Origin: a bacterium
Lineage (GTDB): Bacteria > Patescibacteriota > Minisyncoccia > Phycocordibacterales > JAGLPS01
Direction of reading: 5' to 3'
DNA: 64,000 nucleotides
NCBI GenBank assembly: GCA_030690305.1
Contig: JAUYHB010000020.1
Span: forward strand, 87,535 to 151,534
The notes beneath the pieces were generated by a model that had not been told where the DNA came from, searched no databases, and saw only the letters and a list, made by a program, of their open reading frames with translations. The position numbers and the translations under genes are program-made. Below, piece by piece: positions 34,962 to 44,900 of this stretch. Numbering within the stretch: the stretch's first letter is position 1; each line of letters opens with the position of its first letter.

Positions 34962-36329
34962 ATGAAAGAAACTATAGGTGGTCTGGAACATGTTGTACAG
35001 CGGCTTAGAGACGGTGGGGAAGTTCTCGTTTTAAACACGGGGGCGCACATCCATCCCGAAGCCGAAGCGATGCTTCAGGCGCTTCATTCGCGATCTTCAG
35101 AGGGGGTGCGTTCTCATATGAAGGTTCTTGCCGAGAAAGGCCCCGACAAGTTCATGAGTGTCTATTATGTCGGGTACGGCCACAAGTCAATCGGCGACTG
35201 CGGAACAGGAACCGTCTTTATCGAAGGAGTCTCCATGCTTGCAGCAAAGGCGGTGCAGGACTGGATGCTCTATTCGGGACAAGAGTGTTCAACCCGGTAT
35301 CTTGACTTCGGTCTGCAGCGGTTTGCAAACCCGTACGGGACCGAAAATGGAAAAGCCGTGCTTGAGGAGTGGCGGAATTTTTATATCGCTCTCCAAGAGC
35401 CTGTCAGGGCCCATCTCCGGGAACAGTTTCCAAAGCCCGCAGAAGAAAATGAAAAAATCTACGAGAAGGCAATTATTGCCCGGTCATTTGACACTCTAAG
35501 ATGTTTTCTTCCGGCGGGTGCGACCACTAACCTTGCGTGGCATTCAAACCTTCGGCAGTTCGCGGACAAAATTACCCTTCTCAGACATCATCCGCTTTCC
35601 GAAGTACGTGATATTGCGGAAACCCTGGAAAAAGCTCTGCAGGAAAGTTTTCCGAACTCTTTCCAGCATAAACGATATGACGAAACGGAAAAATACAATG
35701 AATGCTGGATGAAACACTCATACTATTTTTCCGTCGACAACCCCTGTTTTTCCGAATGCAGTCTTACCCACAACGGCGTGAATGTCGAACAGCTCGAGTA
35801 TTACAAAGCGGTTCTTGAACGACGTCCGCCTCAAACCGAATTACCGAAATTCATTGGGGCATGCGGCGCGGTTCAATTTGACCTGCTTCTTGATTTCGGG
35901 TCATTCCGCGATATCCAGCGTCATAGGGCAATTGTGCAACGAATGCCGCTTCTCACTCCGCATTTTGGGTTTGAAAGATGGTATCTCGAGCAATTGCCGT
36001 GTGATCTAAGAGAGAAGGCCGAATGTTTTATCGCAAGACAACTCAAAATAATTGAGAGTCTCGAAGTTTCGGCGGAAGAACGACAGTATTATTTGCCGAT
36101 GGGGTACAGGGTTCCTATCCGCATCAGCGGCGATTTGCCGTCGCTTGCATACCTCGTCGAATTACGTTCTTCTCCTTCGGTTCATCCAACGCTTCAAAAG
36201 AAAGCGGTGATGATGGCCGAAGAACTCAAAGACTATTTCGGACAACACGGGCTGCGCCTCCATATTCAGGAAGGGGCCGGCCGTTTTGACATCAAGAGAG
36301 GAAAACAAGACATTGTAAAAAAAGAATAA
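34962..36329 (+). CDS. thyX: FAD-dependent thymidylate synthase (long, tandem-domain type)
   Basis: YGHKSI, QECSTRY, RCFLPAG, RDIQRHR, YLVELRS. Confidence 0.85.
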   Translation: MKETIGGLEHVVQRLRDGGEVLVLNTGAHIHPEAEAMLQALHSRSSEGVRSHMKVLAEKGPDKFMSVYYVGYGHKSIGDCGTGTVFIEGVSMLAAKAVQDWMLYSGQECSTRYLDFGLQRFANPYGTENGKAVLEEWRNFYIALQEPVRAHLREQFPKPAEENEKIYEKAIIARSFDTLRCFLPAGATTNLAWHSNLRQFADKITLLRHHPLSEVRDIAETLEKALQESFPNSFQHKRYDETEKYNECWMKHSYYFSVDNPCFSECSLTHNGVNVEQLEYYKAVLERRPPQTELPKFIGACGAVQFDLLLDFGSFRDIQRHRAIVQRMPLLTPHFGFERWYLEQLPCDLREKAECFIARQLKIIESLEVSAEERQYYLPMGYRVPIRISGDLPSLAYLVELRSSPSVHPTLQKKAVMMAEELKDYFGQHGLRLHIQEGAGRFDIKRGKQDIVKKE

Positions 36330-36344
36330 TCAGTCGTACACACC

Positions 36345-36374
36345 AAAAGACGGGGTAGAAATACCCCGTCTTTT
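36345..36374 (+). terminator. Intrinsic terminator
   Basis: AAAAGACGGGGTA-GAAA-TACCCCGTCTTTT. Confidence 0.8.
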
Positions 36375-36456
36375 TTCTTGCTTTTGCACGCGTCAATGCT
36401 ATTGTTCTCTGTGGAACAACCTACATAGTGAAAAATTTATCTAGGAGGACGTACAT

Positions 36457-37095
36457 ATGAAAAAAGGAAAATTTATCGTGTTTGAAGGAGGGGAAGGGTC
36501 CGGGAAAGATACAATTGTGAAAATGCTCAAAAAACATTTTCCGTCCGACACCGTATATACCCGTGAGCCCGGTGGGACCCCCATCAGCGAAAAAATCAGA
36601 ACCCTTCTTATGGACAACCGTTCGAAAGGTATGACTCCGGAAACGGAAATCGCTCTTTTCTGTGCCGCCCGCATACAGCATATGCGTGAACTCATTATCC
36701 CTGCTCTTGAAAAGGGTAAGACTGTTGTTTCGAATCGTTTCGACCTTTCAACAATCGCTTATCAGGTCTACGGCAGGCAACGGCCGGAACTTCGACGCCT
36801 GTTTTCCCAAATGAACCAGGAGGCGGTCGGGGAATACGGACCGGATATTTACATCATCCTTGATGTAAAACCCGAAGTGGGACTTGCGCGCCGGATGAAA
36901 GGGAAAGAAAAACTGACGCGGTTTGATAAAGAAAAACTTTCATTCCATGAAAGAGTGCGCAAAGGCTATCTCACGCTTTCCAAACAGATTTCCTCCGCAG
37001 TGATTGACACTACCGATCAATATCCCCGTCTTGTGTACGAGGAGGTCCTCTCTGTTCTTAAGCACAGGAAACTAATCTCTCAAAAGCCCGTTTGA
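36457..37095 (+). CDS. tmk: Thymidylate kinase
   Basis: FIVFEGGEGSGKDT, TREPGGT, LFCAARIQH, STIAYQ. Confidence 0.95.
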   Translation: MKKGKFIVFEGGEGSGKDTIVKMLKKHFPSDTVYTREPGGTPISEKIRTLLMDNRSKGMTPETEIALFCAARIQHMRELIIPALEKGKTVVSNRFDLSTIAYQVYGRQRPELRRLFSQMNQEAVGEYGPDIYIILDVKPEVGLARRMKGKEKLTRFDKEKLSFHERVRKGYLTLSKQISSAVIDTTDQYPRLVYEEVLSVLKHRKLISQKPV

Positions 37096-37188
37096 TATCA
37101 AACGGGCTTTTTCTTTGTGGCTTACTTTTATTTGAATTGACTTGCCTTAGAAAACTGCTAATCTGGTTTCAGAAAGGAGATTGTACAT

Positions 37189-38178
37189 ATGAAAAAAAAG
37201 ATTGGGTTTACCTACAACCTGAAAAGCGACTGGCAACATTCTCCAAACGATCCCGTGGATGCTGCCGCAGAACTCGATAAAGAAGCTACAATTAGGCATG
37301 TTGAGGAGGCTCTCGGAGATGGTGGCCATGCGGTGAAACGCATCGGTAACGCTTTTTCGCTCTTATCGCAAATCAAAAACCTTGATGTGGATATTGTGCT
37401 CAATATCTGCGAAGGCTTGAGGGGGCGTAACCGAGAATCCGAAGTGCCCGTAATTCTGGAAATGTTCGGTATTCCGTTTATCGGCTCTGACGGTCTCACG
37501 TTGGGGATTACTCTCGACAAGTTGGCTTCAAAGAAGTTCTTTTTTGCCGAAGGAATTCCGACACCGCGTTATTTTCAAGCAAAGCCGGGAAACAATCTGG
37601 AGAACTTAAACACAATCGGTTTTCCGCTTTTTGTAAAAGCCTCACGGGAAGGAACCTCGAAAGGAATTACCAAAGCCTCACTTGTGCGGACTCCAAAGGA
37701 GTTGAAAGAGCAAGTTGATATTGTGCACATGCTGTACAAACAACCGGCTCTTGTCGAGGAATTCATCAGTGGAACTGAATTCACCGTGCTGGTAATCGGG
37801 AATGAAAATCCCGAACCAATGCCGGTTATACAGTACATGATGAACAACACACTTGAGCTCGGTGACCGTTTTTACACATCAAAAGATGTTGTCGAAAAGT
37901 CAGTGGGCTGTATTTGCCCGACAGACATTCCCAAGAGCCTTGAGAAGAAACTGAAAGACGTTTCCGTTGCCGTGTATGAGGCCGTGGACTGCCGCGATTT
38001 TGGAAGGGTGGATTTCAGGGTTGATACCGAGGGAAACCCGTATGTCCTTGAAATCAATCCGCTTCCCAACCTGGGTCCGGAAGATGTGTTCGGCACATTT
38101 CCACAAGCTGCGGGTTTGACTTATGCCCAGGCGATAAACAAGATTGTGGACGTTGCCTTAAAGCGCTACGGTATGTGA
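37189..38178 (+). CDS. D-Ala-D-Ala ligase-like ATP-grasp enzyme
   Basis: NICEG, GIPFIGSD, LDK, EGTSKGI, EEFISGTE, RVDFR, LEINPLP. Confidence 0.8.
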   Translation: MKKKIGFTYNLKSDWQHSPNDPVDAAAELDKEATIRHVEEALGDGGHAVKRIGNAFSLLSQIKNLDVDIVLNICEGLRGRNRESEVPVILEMFGIPFIGSDGLTLGITLDKLASKKFFFAEGIPTPRYFQAKPGNNLENLNTIGFPLFVKASREGTSKGITKASLVRTPKELKEQVDIVHMLYKQPALVEEFISGTEFTVLVIGNENPEPMPVIQYMMNNTLELGDRFYTSKDVVEKSVGCICPTDIPKSLEKKLKDVSVAVYEAVDCRDFGRVDFRVDTEGNPYVLEINPLPNLGPEDVFGTFPQAAGLTYAQAINKIVDVALKRYGM

Positions 38179-38262
38179 TCTCTCACAGATTAAGTCTTTA
38201 CAATTCAGTACAAAAAGCCTCCGCCTAAAGTGGAGGCTTTTTTCTTGTGTTACTATAAATCC

Positions 38263-38685
38263 ATGATTTTGAAGGCTAAAAAGCTTTTTCCTGAAGCCAT
38301 TCTTCCGCACTATGTGCACGAAGGGGATGCCGGGTTGGAATTATACGCCTCTCAGGAAACAACCCTTAAACCCGGTGAAAGAACGTCGGTGCCGACGGGT
38401 ATCGCGCTTGAAATTCCGGACGGTTACGTCGGGCTTGTGTGGGATAAAAGTGGACTTTCCCACAATCATGGTCTCAAAACCCTTGGCGGTGTCATTGATT
38501 CGGGATATCGCGGTGAGGTAAAAGTGGGCGTTATCAATCTTTCTTCCGAAAACTATACGTTTGAAAAGGGACACAAGATTGCCCAAATGCTTGTGCAAAA
38601 AATTGAACGTTTGGAAGTAACCGAGGCCGACTCCCTTTCCGAATCGGACCGAGGACACAAGGGTTTTGGAAGCACAGGCAAATAA
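38263..38685 (+). CDS. dut: dUTP diphosphatase
   Basis: GDAGLEL, KSGL, GVIDSGYRGE, IAQ, RGHKGFGSTG. Confidence 0.96.
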   Translation: MILKAKKLFPEAILPHYVHEGDAGLELYASQETTLKPGERTSVPTGIALEIPDGYVGLVWDKSGLSHNHGLKTLGGVIDSGYRGEVKVGVINLSSENYTFEKGHKIAQMLVQKIERLEVTEADSLSESDRGHKGFGSTGK

Positions 38686-38686
38686 C

Positions 38687-40351
38687 ATGAAAGAAAAACT
38701 GGAACGGGTTATCAAAGAAATGCTCAAAAAAGTCGGAATCAAAAACCCGGCAAAAGTCACTATTGAGCGTCCCGCCGACTCTTCCCATGGAGATTATTCC
38801 ACCAATGTCGCCCTTACATACTGCAAGGACTTTTCGCTTTCTCCTCACGACCTTGCCTTAAAGCTTGCTTCCGAACTTGAAAGACACAAACCCGAAGAGG
38901 TTGAAAAAATCGAAATTGCCGGCCCCGGGTTTATCAATTTCTTTCTTTCGAAGCAGTTTCTTGCCGACTCGGTAAAGGAGATTCTCAAACAAAAAAATTC
39001 ATTTGGCCAAAACAAAACGTTAAGTAAAGAGGGGGTAATGGTTGAGTACACCGACCCAAATCCGTTCAAGGAGTTCCACATAGGTCATTTGATGTCCAAT
39101 ACCATCGGTGAATCAATTTCACGGCTTTTGGAATGGAACGGCGCGAAAGTCAGACGTGCAAATTACCAAGGCGATGTGGGCATTCATGTTGCAAAAGCCT
39201 TGTGGGGCAAACTCAAAGACCCCGCATCCTCGTGGGGGCAAACCTACGCTCAGGGAGCGAAACAATATGACGAAAACGAGACAGCAAAAAAAGAAATTGC
39301 CGAACTCAACAAAAAAATATACGCCCGGAGCGATACGGAAATAAACAAACTCTATGACCAAGGGAAAAGCGAAAGCCTAAAACAATTTGAAAAAATGTAT
39401 ACGCGCCTCGGAACGAGGTTCGATTTCTTTTTTTTCGAAAGCAGTACGGGAGAATTCGGAAAGGGGATTGTCCAGGAGAATACTCCCGGAATATTTGAAA
39501 AAAGTGACGGGGCGGTCGTGTTTAAAGGAGAACCGTACGGACTTCATACTCGTGTGTTTTTAAATTCCGACGGGCTCCCCACATATGAAACAAAAGAATT
39601 GGGTCTTGCGGAAATAAAATACGAAAAATACGCATACACGAAATCGATTGTAATTACCGGTAATGAGGTGAATGATTACTTCAAAGTACTGCTTAAAGTG
39701 CTTGAACTTATTTCACCCGACTTGGCCTCAAAAACCCTTCATATTTCTCACGGAATGCTCCGCCTACCAGAGGGAAAAATGTCATCGCGAACAGGTAATG
39801 TCATCACGGCGGAATCTCTGATTGACGAAGTGAGGGAAAAAGTGAAAGAAAAAGTATCCGACAGGGATTTAACGGACGGAGAGAAAGAAATAATTTCCGA
39901 ACAGGTGGCGGTTGGGGCGATAAAATATTCGATTCTTAAACAGGCGTCGGGAAAAGATATTATTTTTGATTTTGATAAATCGCTTTCCTTTGAGGGTGAT
40001 TCAGGCCCTTATCTGCAGTACGCGCATACACGGGCAAAATCAATACTTGTCAAAGCACGGGAAGAGGGAATCAAAGAAGATGCGAGGAAGGGGAATCCAG
40101 GCAGTCTTGAGAGATTACTCGTTCACTTCTCCGAAGTGGTTGAGCATGCCGGCAAAGAGCACGAACCGCATTATGTTGTCACGTATCTTACGGAACTTGC
40201 GGGCGCTTTTAACAGTTTTTATGCCAAAGAAAAAATTGTCGATTCCAAAGACCTCGCATCAGCCTATAAAGTGGCTCTTACTTCTGCGGTTGCGGCAGTT
40301 CTTAAAAACGGCTTAACCTTGCTCGGAATTCCAGCACCCGACAAGATGTAA
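38687..40351 (+). CDS. argS: Arginine--tRNA ligase
   Basis: HGDYSTN, AGPGFINF, PNPFKEFHIGH, KMSSRTG, GPYLQYAH. Confidence 0.96.
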   Translation: MKEKLERVIKEMLKKVGIKNPAKVTIERPADSSHGDYSTNVALTYCKDFSLSPHDLALKLASELERHKPEEVEKIEIAGPGFINFFLSKQFLADSVKEILKQKNSFGQNKTLSKEGVMVEYTDPNPFKEFHIGHLMSNTIGESISRLLEWNGAKVRRANYQGDVGIHVAKALWGKLKDPASSWGQTYAQGAKQYDENETAKKEIAELNKKIYARSDTEINKLYDQGKSESLKQFEKMYTRLGTRFDFFFFESSTGEFGKGIVQENTPGIFEKSDGAVVFKGEPYGLHTRVFLNSDGLPTYETKELGLAEIKYEKYAYTKSIVITGNEVNDYFKVLLKVLELISPDLASKTLHISHGMLRLPEGKMSSRTGNVITAESLIDEVREKVKEKVSDRDLTDGEKEIISEQVAVGAIKYSILKQASGKDIIFDFDKSLSFEGDSGPYLQYAHTRAKSILVKAREEGIKEDARKGNPGSLERLLVHFSEVVEHAGKEHEPHYVVTYLTELAGAFNSFYAKEKIVDSKDLASAYKVALTSAVAAVLKNGLTLLGIPAPDKM

Positions 40352-40360
40352 GGTCGCTCC

Positions 40361-40449
40361 TGGTCTTTTTTCAGAGCACGGATATTTTCCTGCTAGAAAA
40401 TTCCTCGAGCTCCCACCAGTCGCGGTCGCTAGTCTCTGAAAAAAGACCA
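40361..40449 (-). repeat. Dispersed structured intergenic element (family member)
   Basis: Its reverse complement aligns end to end with 56407-56494 (TTTTTCAGAGACTAGCGA...CTCGAGGAATTTTCTAG(C/T)AGGAAAATATCCGT(G/A)CTCTGAAAAA). Confidence 0.85.
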
Positions 40450-40604
40450 CTTGCTTTAAACTTGGAGAAAAAAACCTGAAGGTGGCACAAAATAGACATT
40501 GACACACTTAGTATTTAGGTATATTTTTGCATTCAAATAGTTCTTTGATTTTTAACTCTGCAACGCGTTCCCTAGAACATGTTGCCAACGAAAGGAGACA
40601 TGTC

Positions 40605-41174
40605 ATGAGTGCTATTATGACAAGTCGACAGGCCGCCGAGTTGGATTATGCTTTTGAGCGGAACAGATGGACGTCTGAAGATGTGAAGAAACTAAGTCAA
40701 GGTAACATACTTATTCAAGTACTTTCTGTTATCAAGGGGTATGCCGAAGTTCGAATACTGAAACATGTAATTGATTGTAAAAATTATTGTTATACCCCTC
40801 ACGATGGGTGCAGAGTTCAGAAGTTCCGGAAGGGCGGACTATTCCAATGGGATCCTAAGAAGGTTGAACTTCAGGTCTTCTCCAATGGGAAGTCTGATAG
40901 GTATATCGCAAGAAATGAAATCCAAGAAGAGATTGAGAGTAAACCCGTTCTGAACGCAAATGTTCTAGCTTATTTGTTGCTTTACCCTAAACTCATTCCT
41001 GATGAGTGGAGAGGTAAGAATGTCCATTTTCCAGGAACGATTTATTATATCAATGGGTTGAGTGATGTAATGCTTTATTTGTGTGAAGTTAAAGGCAGGT
41101 GGGCTTGGCTATATACAGAAATCAAGTCTTGTTTCTGGTCTGAAGAAAGTGTCTATGCCGTTATGAAAAAGTAG
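40605..41174 (+). CDS. Hypothetical protein (AT-rich accessory gene)
   Basis: SD AAAGGAG; motifs RQAAELDYAFERN and NANVLAYLLLYPKLIPDEWRGK; terminator at about 41194-41231. Confidence 0.75.
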   Translation: MSAIMTSRQAAELDYAFERNRWTSEDVKKLSQGNILIQVLSVIKGYAEVRILKHVIDCKNYCYTPHDGCRVQKFRKGGLFQWDPKKVELQVFSNGKSDRYIARNEIQEEIESKPVLNANVLAYLLLYPKLIPDEWRGKNVHFPGTIYYINGLSDVMLYLCEVKGRWAWLYTEIKSCFWSEESVYAVMKK

Positions 41175-41333
41175 TCTTCAGTACTACCGAAATAAAACCC
41201 TCATTGGTCTGACCAGACCAATGAGGGTTTTTCTTTGCTTACCCTCCTCGGGCTCCGCAAGATTTTTGAAAAGTAAATTCTCGCTTAAAGTGCAAAAGGG
41301 GAAATAAACCTAAATATAGGGCCAGAATTGTTT

Positions 41334-41362
41334 TTGACAAACAGTAAATAATTTGGTACAAT
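41334..41362 (+). promoter_or_regulatory. Near-consensus sigma70 promoter
   Basis: TTGACA-17 nt-TACAAT with an extended TG. Confidence 0.8.
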
Positions 41363-41458
41363 TATAGTCGAAGTTTTTTTGATACAGAATAAACAAATCA
41401 TAAGCGTTTCTATCAGAAACGCTTAAACCCAACTAACAGTTGGAAAGGAGAGTGTGTC

Positions 41459-41755
41459 ATGAAGTATTCAAATCTGGACTTAGGCACAATCGAGGCAGTA
41501 ATCAACAAACTTGGAGGAATAGAAGGTGTCAAACAGTTTCTTTCTGGTGAATTAACAGTTTCTAAACCAGATTCTAACTGGAGAGAAAAGGATGATTTTA
41601 TTTTCTTCTCAACCCTTACTCTCCACGATGGTGTATCTCCTAAGTGGATTAAATGCCTTGAAGAAAAAGGTTTCCGGATAGGAGACTGTCTTAAAGCCAC
41701 TCTTCGTTCGGACGGACTCCAAATCAATCTTTGTTCGCGAGTTTCTTCGTCTTAA
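41459..41755 (+). CDS. Hypothetical protein, possibly truncated
   Basis: SD GAAAGGAG; LGTIEAVINKLGGIEGVKQFLSGEL N-terminal motif; own promoter and terminator. Confidence 0.6.
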   Translation: MKYSNLDLGTIEAVINKLGGIEGVKQFLSGELTVSKPDSNWREKDDFIFFSTLTLHDGVSPKWIKCLEEKGFRIGDCLKATLRSDGLQINLCSRVSSS

Positions 41756-41934
41756 TATTGGGATTACTTAGTTTCGTTTCCCAACCCCGCCTTTCGTCTA
41801 AAAAACGGAAGGCGGTTTTTTTTTATTTCCCTTCAACAAGTTCAGGGTAAACTAAAATTCGCCACATCTTTACCAGAGTAAAACTAAGGCAGGTAGGCTT
41901 GCTCCGTACGGGTTATACGGCTAAGATTAGTGGT

Positions 41935-44900
41935 ATGTCGGAAAATCCTCCTAAAAAAAGCGAAATAGCGAGAAAGGAAGAGGAAATTCTTGATTTCTGG
42001 AATAAGAATCGGATTTTTCAAAAAAGCCTTGAGAAAAAAGCCCCTCACGGGGATGTTACTTTTTATGACGGACCTCCTTTTGCAACAGGTCTGCCTCACT
42101 ACGGGCATATTTTGGCTGGAACAATCAAAGATGTGATTCCGCGGTTTGAAACGATGCGCGGGAAGCGCGTACTTCGCCGATGGGGCTGGGATTGCCACGG
42201 TTTGCCGATTGAAAATCTTATCGAGCAGGAACTCGGGATAAAAGACAAAAAGGAAATTGAAGCGCTCGGCATTGAGAAATTCAACGAAGCCGCACGGGCA
42301 AGTGTTTTACGCTATGACCAACAGTGGCGCAGGCTCATTCCGCGTTCCGGACGATGGGTTGATATGGATGACCAGTACATCACCATGTCGCCCTCATACA
42401 TGGAGTCCGTCTGGTGGTCTTTTTCCGAATTGCACAAAAAGAAACTGATTTATCAGGGATTCAAATCAATGCATTTGTGTCCGCACTGCGAAACAACACT
42501 TTCAAATCTGGAGGTGGCTTTAGGATACAAAGACATCACCGATATTTCCGTAACGGTGAAATTCGAGCTAAAAGACGAACCTGGAACATATCTCTTGGCA
42601 TGGACAACGACGCCGTGGACGTTGCCTGGGAATGTCGCTTTGGCAGTTAATCCAAATACTGATTACCTAATCGTTAAAGCGTTTAGTGGTTCATCTGAAT
42701 CCTATGTAATTGCAAAAGAAGCACTTCTTAATCACCTTTTTAAAGGACAGAACTCTCTTTCTTTCATGCAACTTTTTTCCTCTGATGATCACGAATGGTT
42801 GGGTGGTGCAAGAGAACAGCATTCCCCGAGAATAAAAGAAATAAAAGCGAAAGACCTTATTGGAAAATCATATAAACCTCTTTTTGATTACTACCAAAAC
42901 ATCCCTCTTGAGAACAAAGAAAGAGGGTGGAAAGTATATGCGGCAGATTTTGTTACCACCGAAGATGGAACGGGAATTGTTCATATAGCCCCGGCCTTTG
43001 GTGAAGATGACCTGAACCTCGCGCAGAAAGAAAAATTGCCGTTTATCCAGCATGTCAGCCGTCACGGGGTGTTTGAAAAAGAAGTTACCGATTTTGTGGG
43101 GCAATTTGTAAAACCAAAAGACGACCATCAGAAAGCGGATATTGAAATCATTAGACATCTCGCGGGAAAAGGACTTTTGTTTGCCAAAGAAAAAATCATT
43201 CACTCATATCCTCATTGCTGGAGGTGTGACACCCCGCTTCTTAACTACGCTTCGGCATCGTGGTTTGTCGCTGTCACGAAATATAAAGACAATTTTATAA
43301 AAGAAAACAAAAAAGTCCGCTTCGTTCCCGAGGAAATCCGTGACGGGCGATTCGGAAAGTGGCTGGAGGGTGCCCGTGACTGGGCAATTTCTCGTTCCCG
43401 TTATTGGGGTGCTCCGTTGCCCGTATGGATTTGCAATCAATGCAAAGAAATTGCCGTTATCGGTTCCGTTGAAGAACTTAAAAAGAAAACAAAAAGCAAG
43501 AATTCATATATTGTCATGCGTCACGGCGAAGCCGAAAGTAATGTTCTCGGGCTTATCAATGGAGACAATTCCACCATTCGCCATCTGACAGAAAAGGGCC
43601 AGGGGCAGGTAAAGAAAACAGTAGAGACTCTCAAGGGGAAAATAGACATTATCATCGCTTCACCGCTTACCCGCACCAAAGAAACTGCCGACATTGTTGC
43701 CGGAATCATCGGAGTTAAAGAGGTGATAACCGATGACAGATTGAAGGAAGTGCAGACTGGGGAATACAATGGCAAATTGGTTTCGGAATATCAGAACTTC
43801 GCCACCAGGGAAGAAAAACTGGAAAAACGACCGCAGGGAGGAGAAAATCTCACCGACGTCAAAAAACGGATGGGAGAGTTTATATACGAAATTGATAAAG
43901 AATACGACGGAAAGCGAATTCTTATCATCACACATGAATTTCCCGCCTGGATGTTGTTTGCGGCCGCATATGGCGCTTCCAAAAAAGAAATACTCGCCCT
44001 GCACAGTGGGGAAGACTTTTTAAAGACCGCAGAAGCGCGGGTCCTTGATTTTGCGCCGGTTTCTCACAGAAACTACGAGCTCGACCTTCACCGTCCGTAC
44101 ATTGATAACGTTGAATTTACGTGCAAATGCGGAGGGAAAATGAAACGGATTCCGGAGGTGTTTGACACATGGTATGAATCGGGCTCGATGCCGTACGCCA
44201 GTCACCACTACCCGTTTGAAACAAAACAATTTGACGCTAAAAAAGGTTTTCGTTTCCCCGCGGATTTTATTGCTGAAGGTATTGACCAGACGAGAGGATG
44301 GTTTTACTCGCTCCTCATGCTTTCCGTGGGCCTCTTTGGAAAAACGCCGTACAAAAATGTTGTCGTAAACGGTACTATTCTTGCCGAAGACGGACAAAAA
44401 ATGTCCAAACGTCTCAAAAACTACCCCGATGTCGAAGCAATACTCGATACATATGGTGCCGATGCGATGCGATACTACATGCTTTCTTCTCCCGTTGTTC
44501 GCGGAGAAGACCTGGCATTTTCCGAGAAAGGTCTTGACGAGGTGGTCAAAAAACTGAGCCTGCGTCTGCAGAACGTCTGCTCATTTTATGAAATGTACGC
44601 CCAATCCTCCGTAGAAAGCGCTTCAAATTCAAAAGACATTCTCGACTTGTGGATTCTTTCCCGCCTTTCTCAAACGCGCGACATGATTACCGATTCCATG
44701 GAGACATACGCTCTTGATGCGGCAACACGGCCTATCCTTGATTTTGTTGACGACCTTTCCACATGGTATCTTCGCCGTTCCCGAGAACGATTCAAAGGAG
44801 ACGACGAGAAAGACAAAACTGCGGCACTTGCGACAACGCGTTTTGTACTCCAGGAATTTTCAAAATTAATGGCCCCATTCATGCCCTTTATTGCCGAAGA

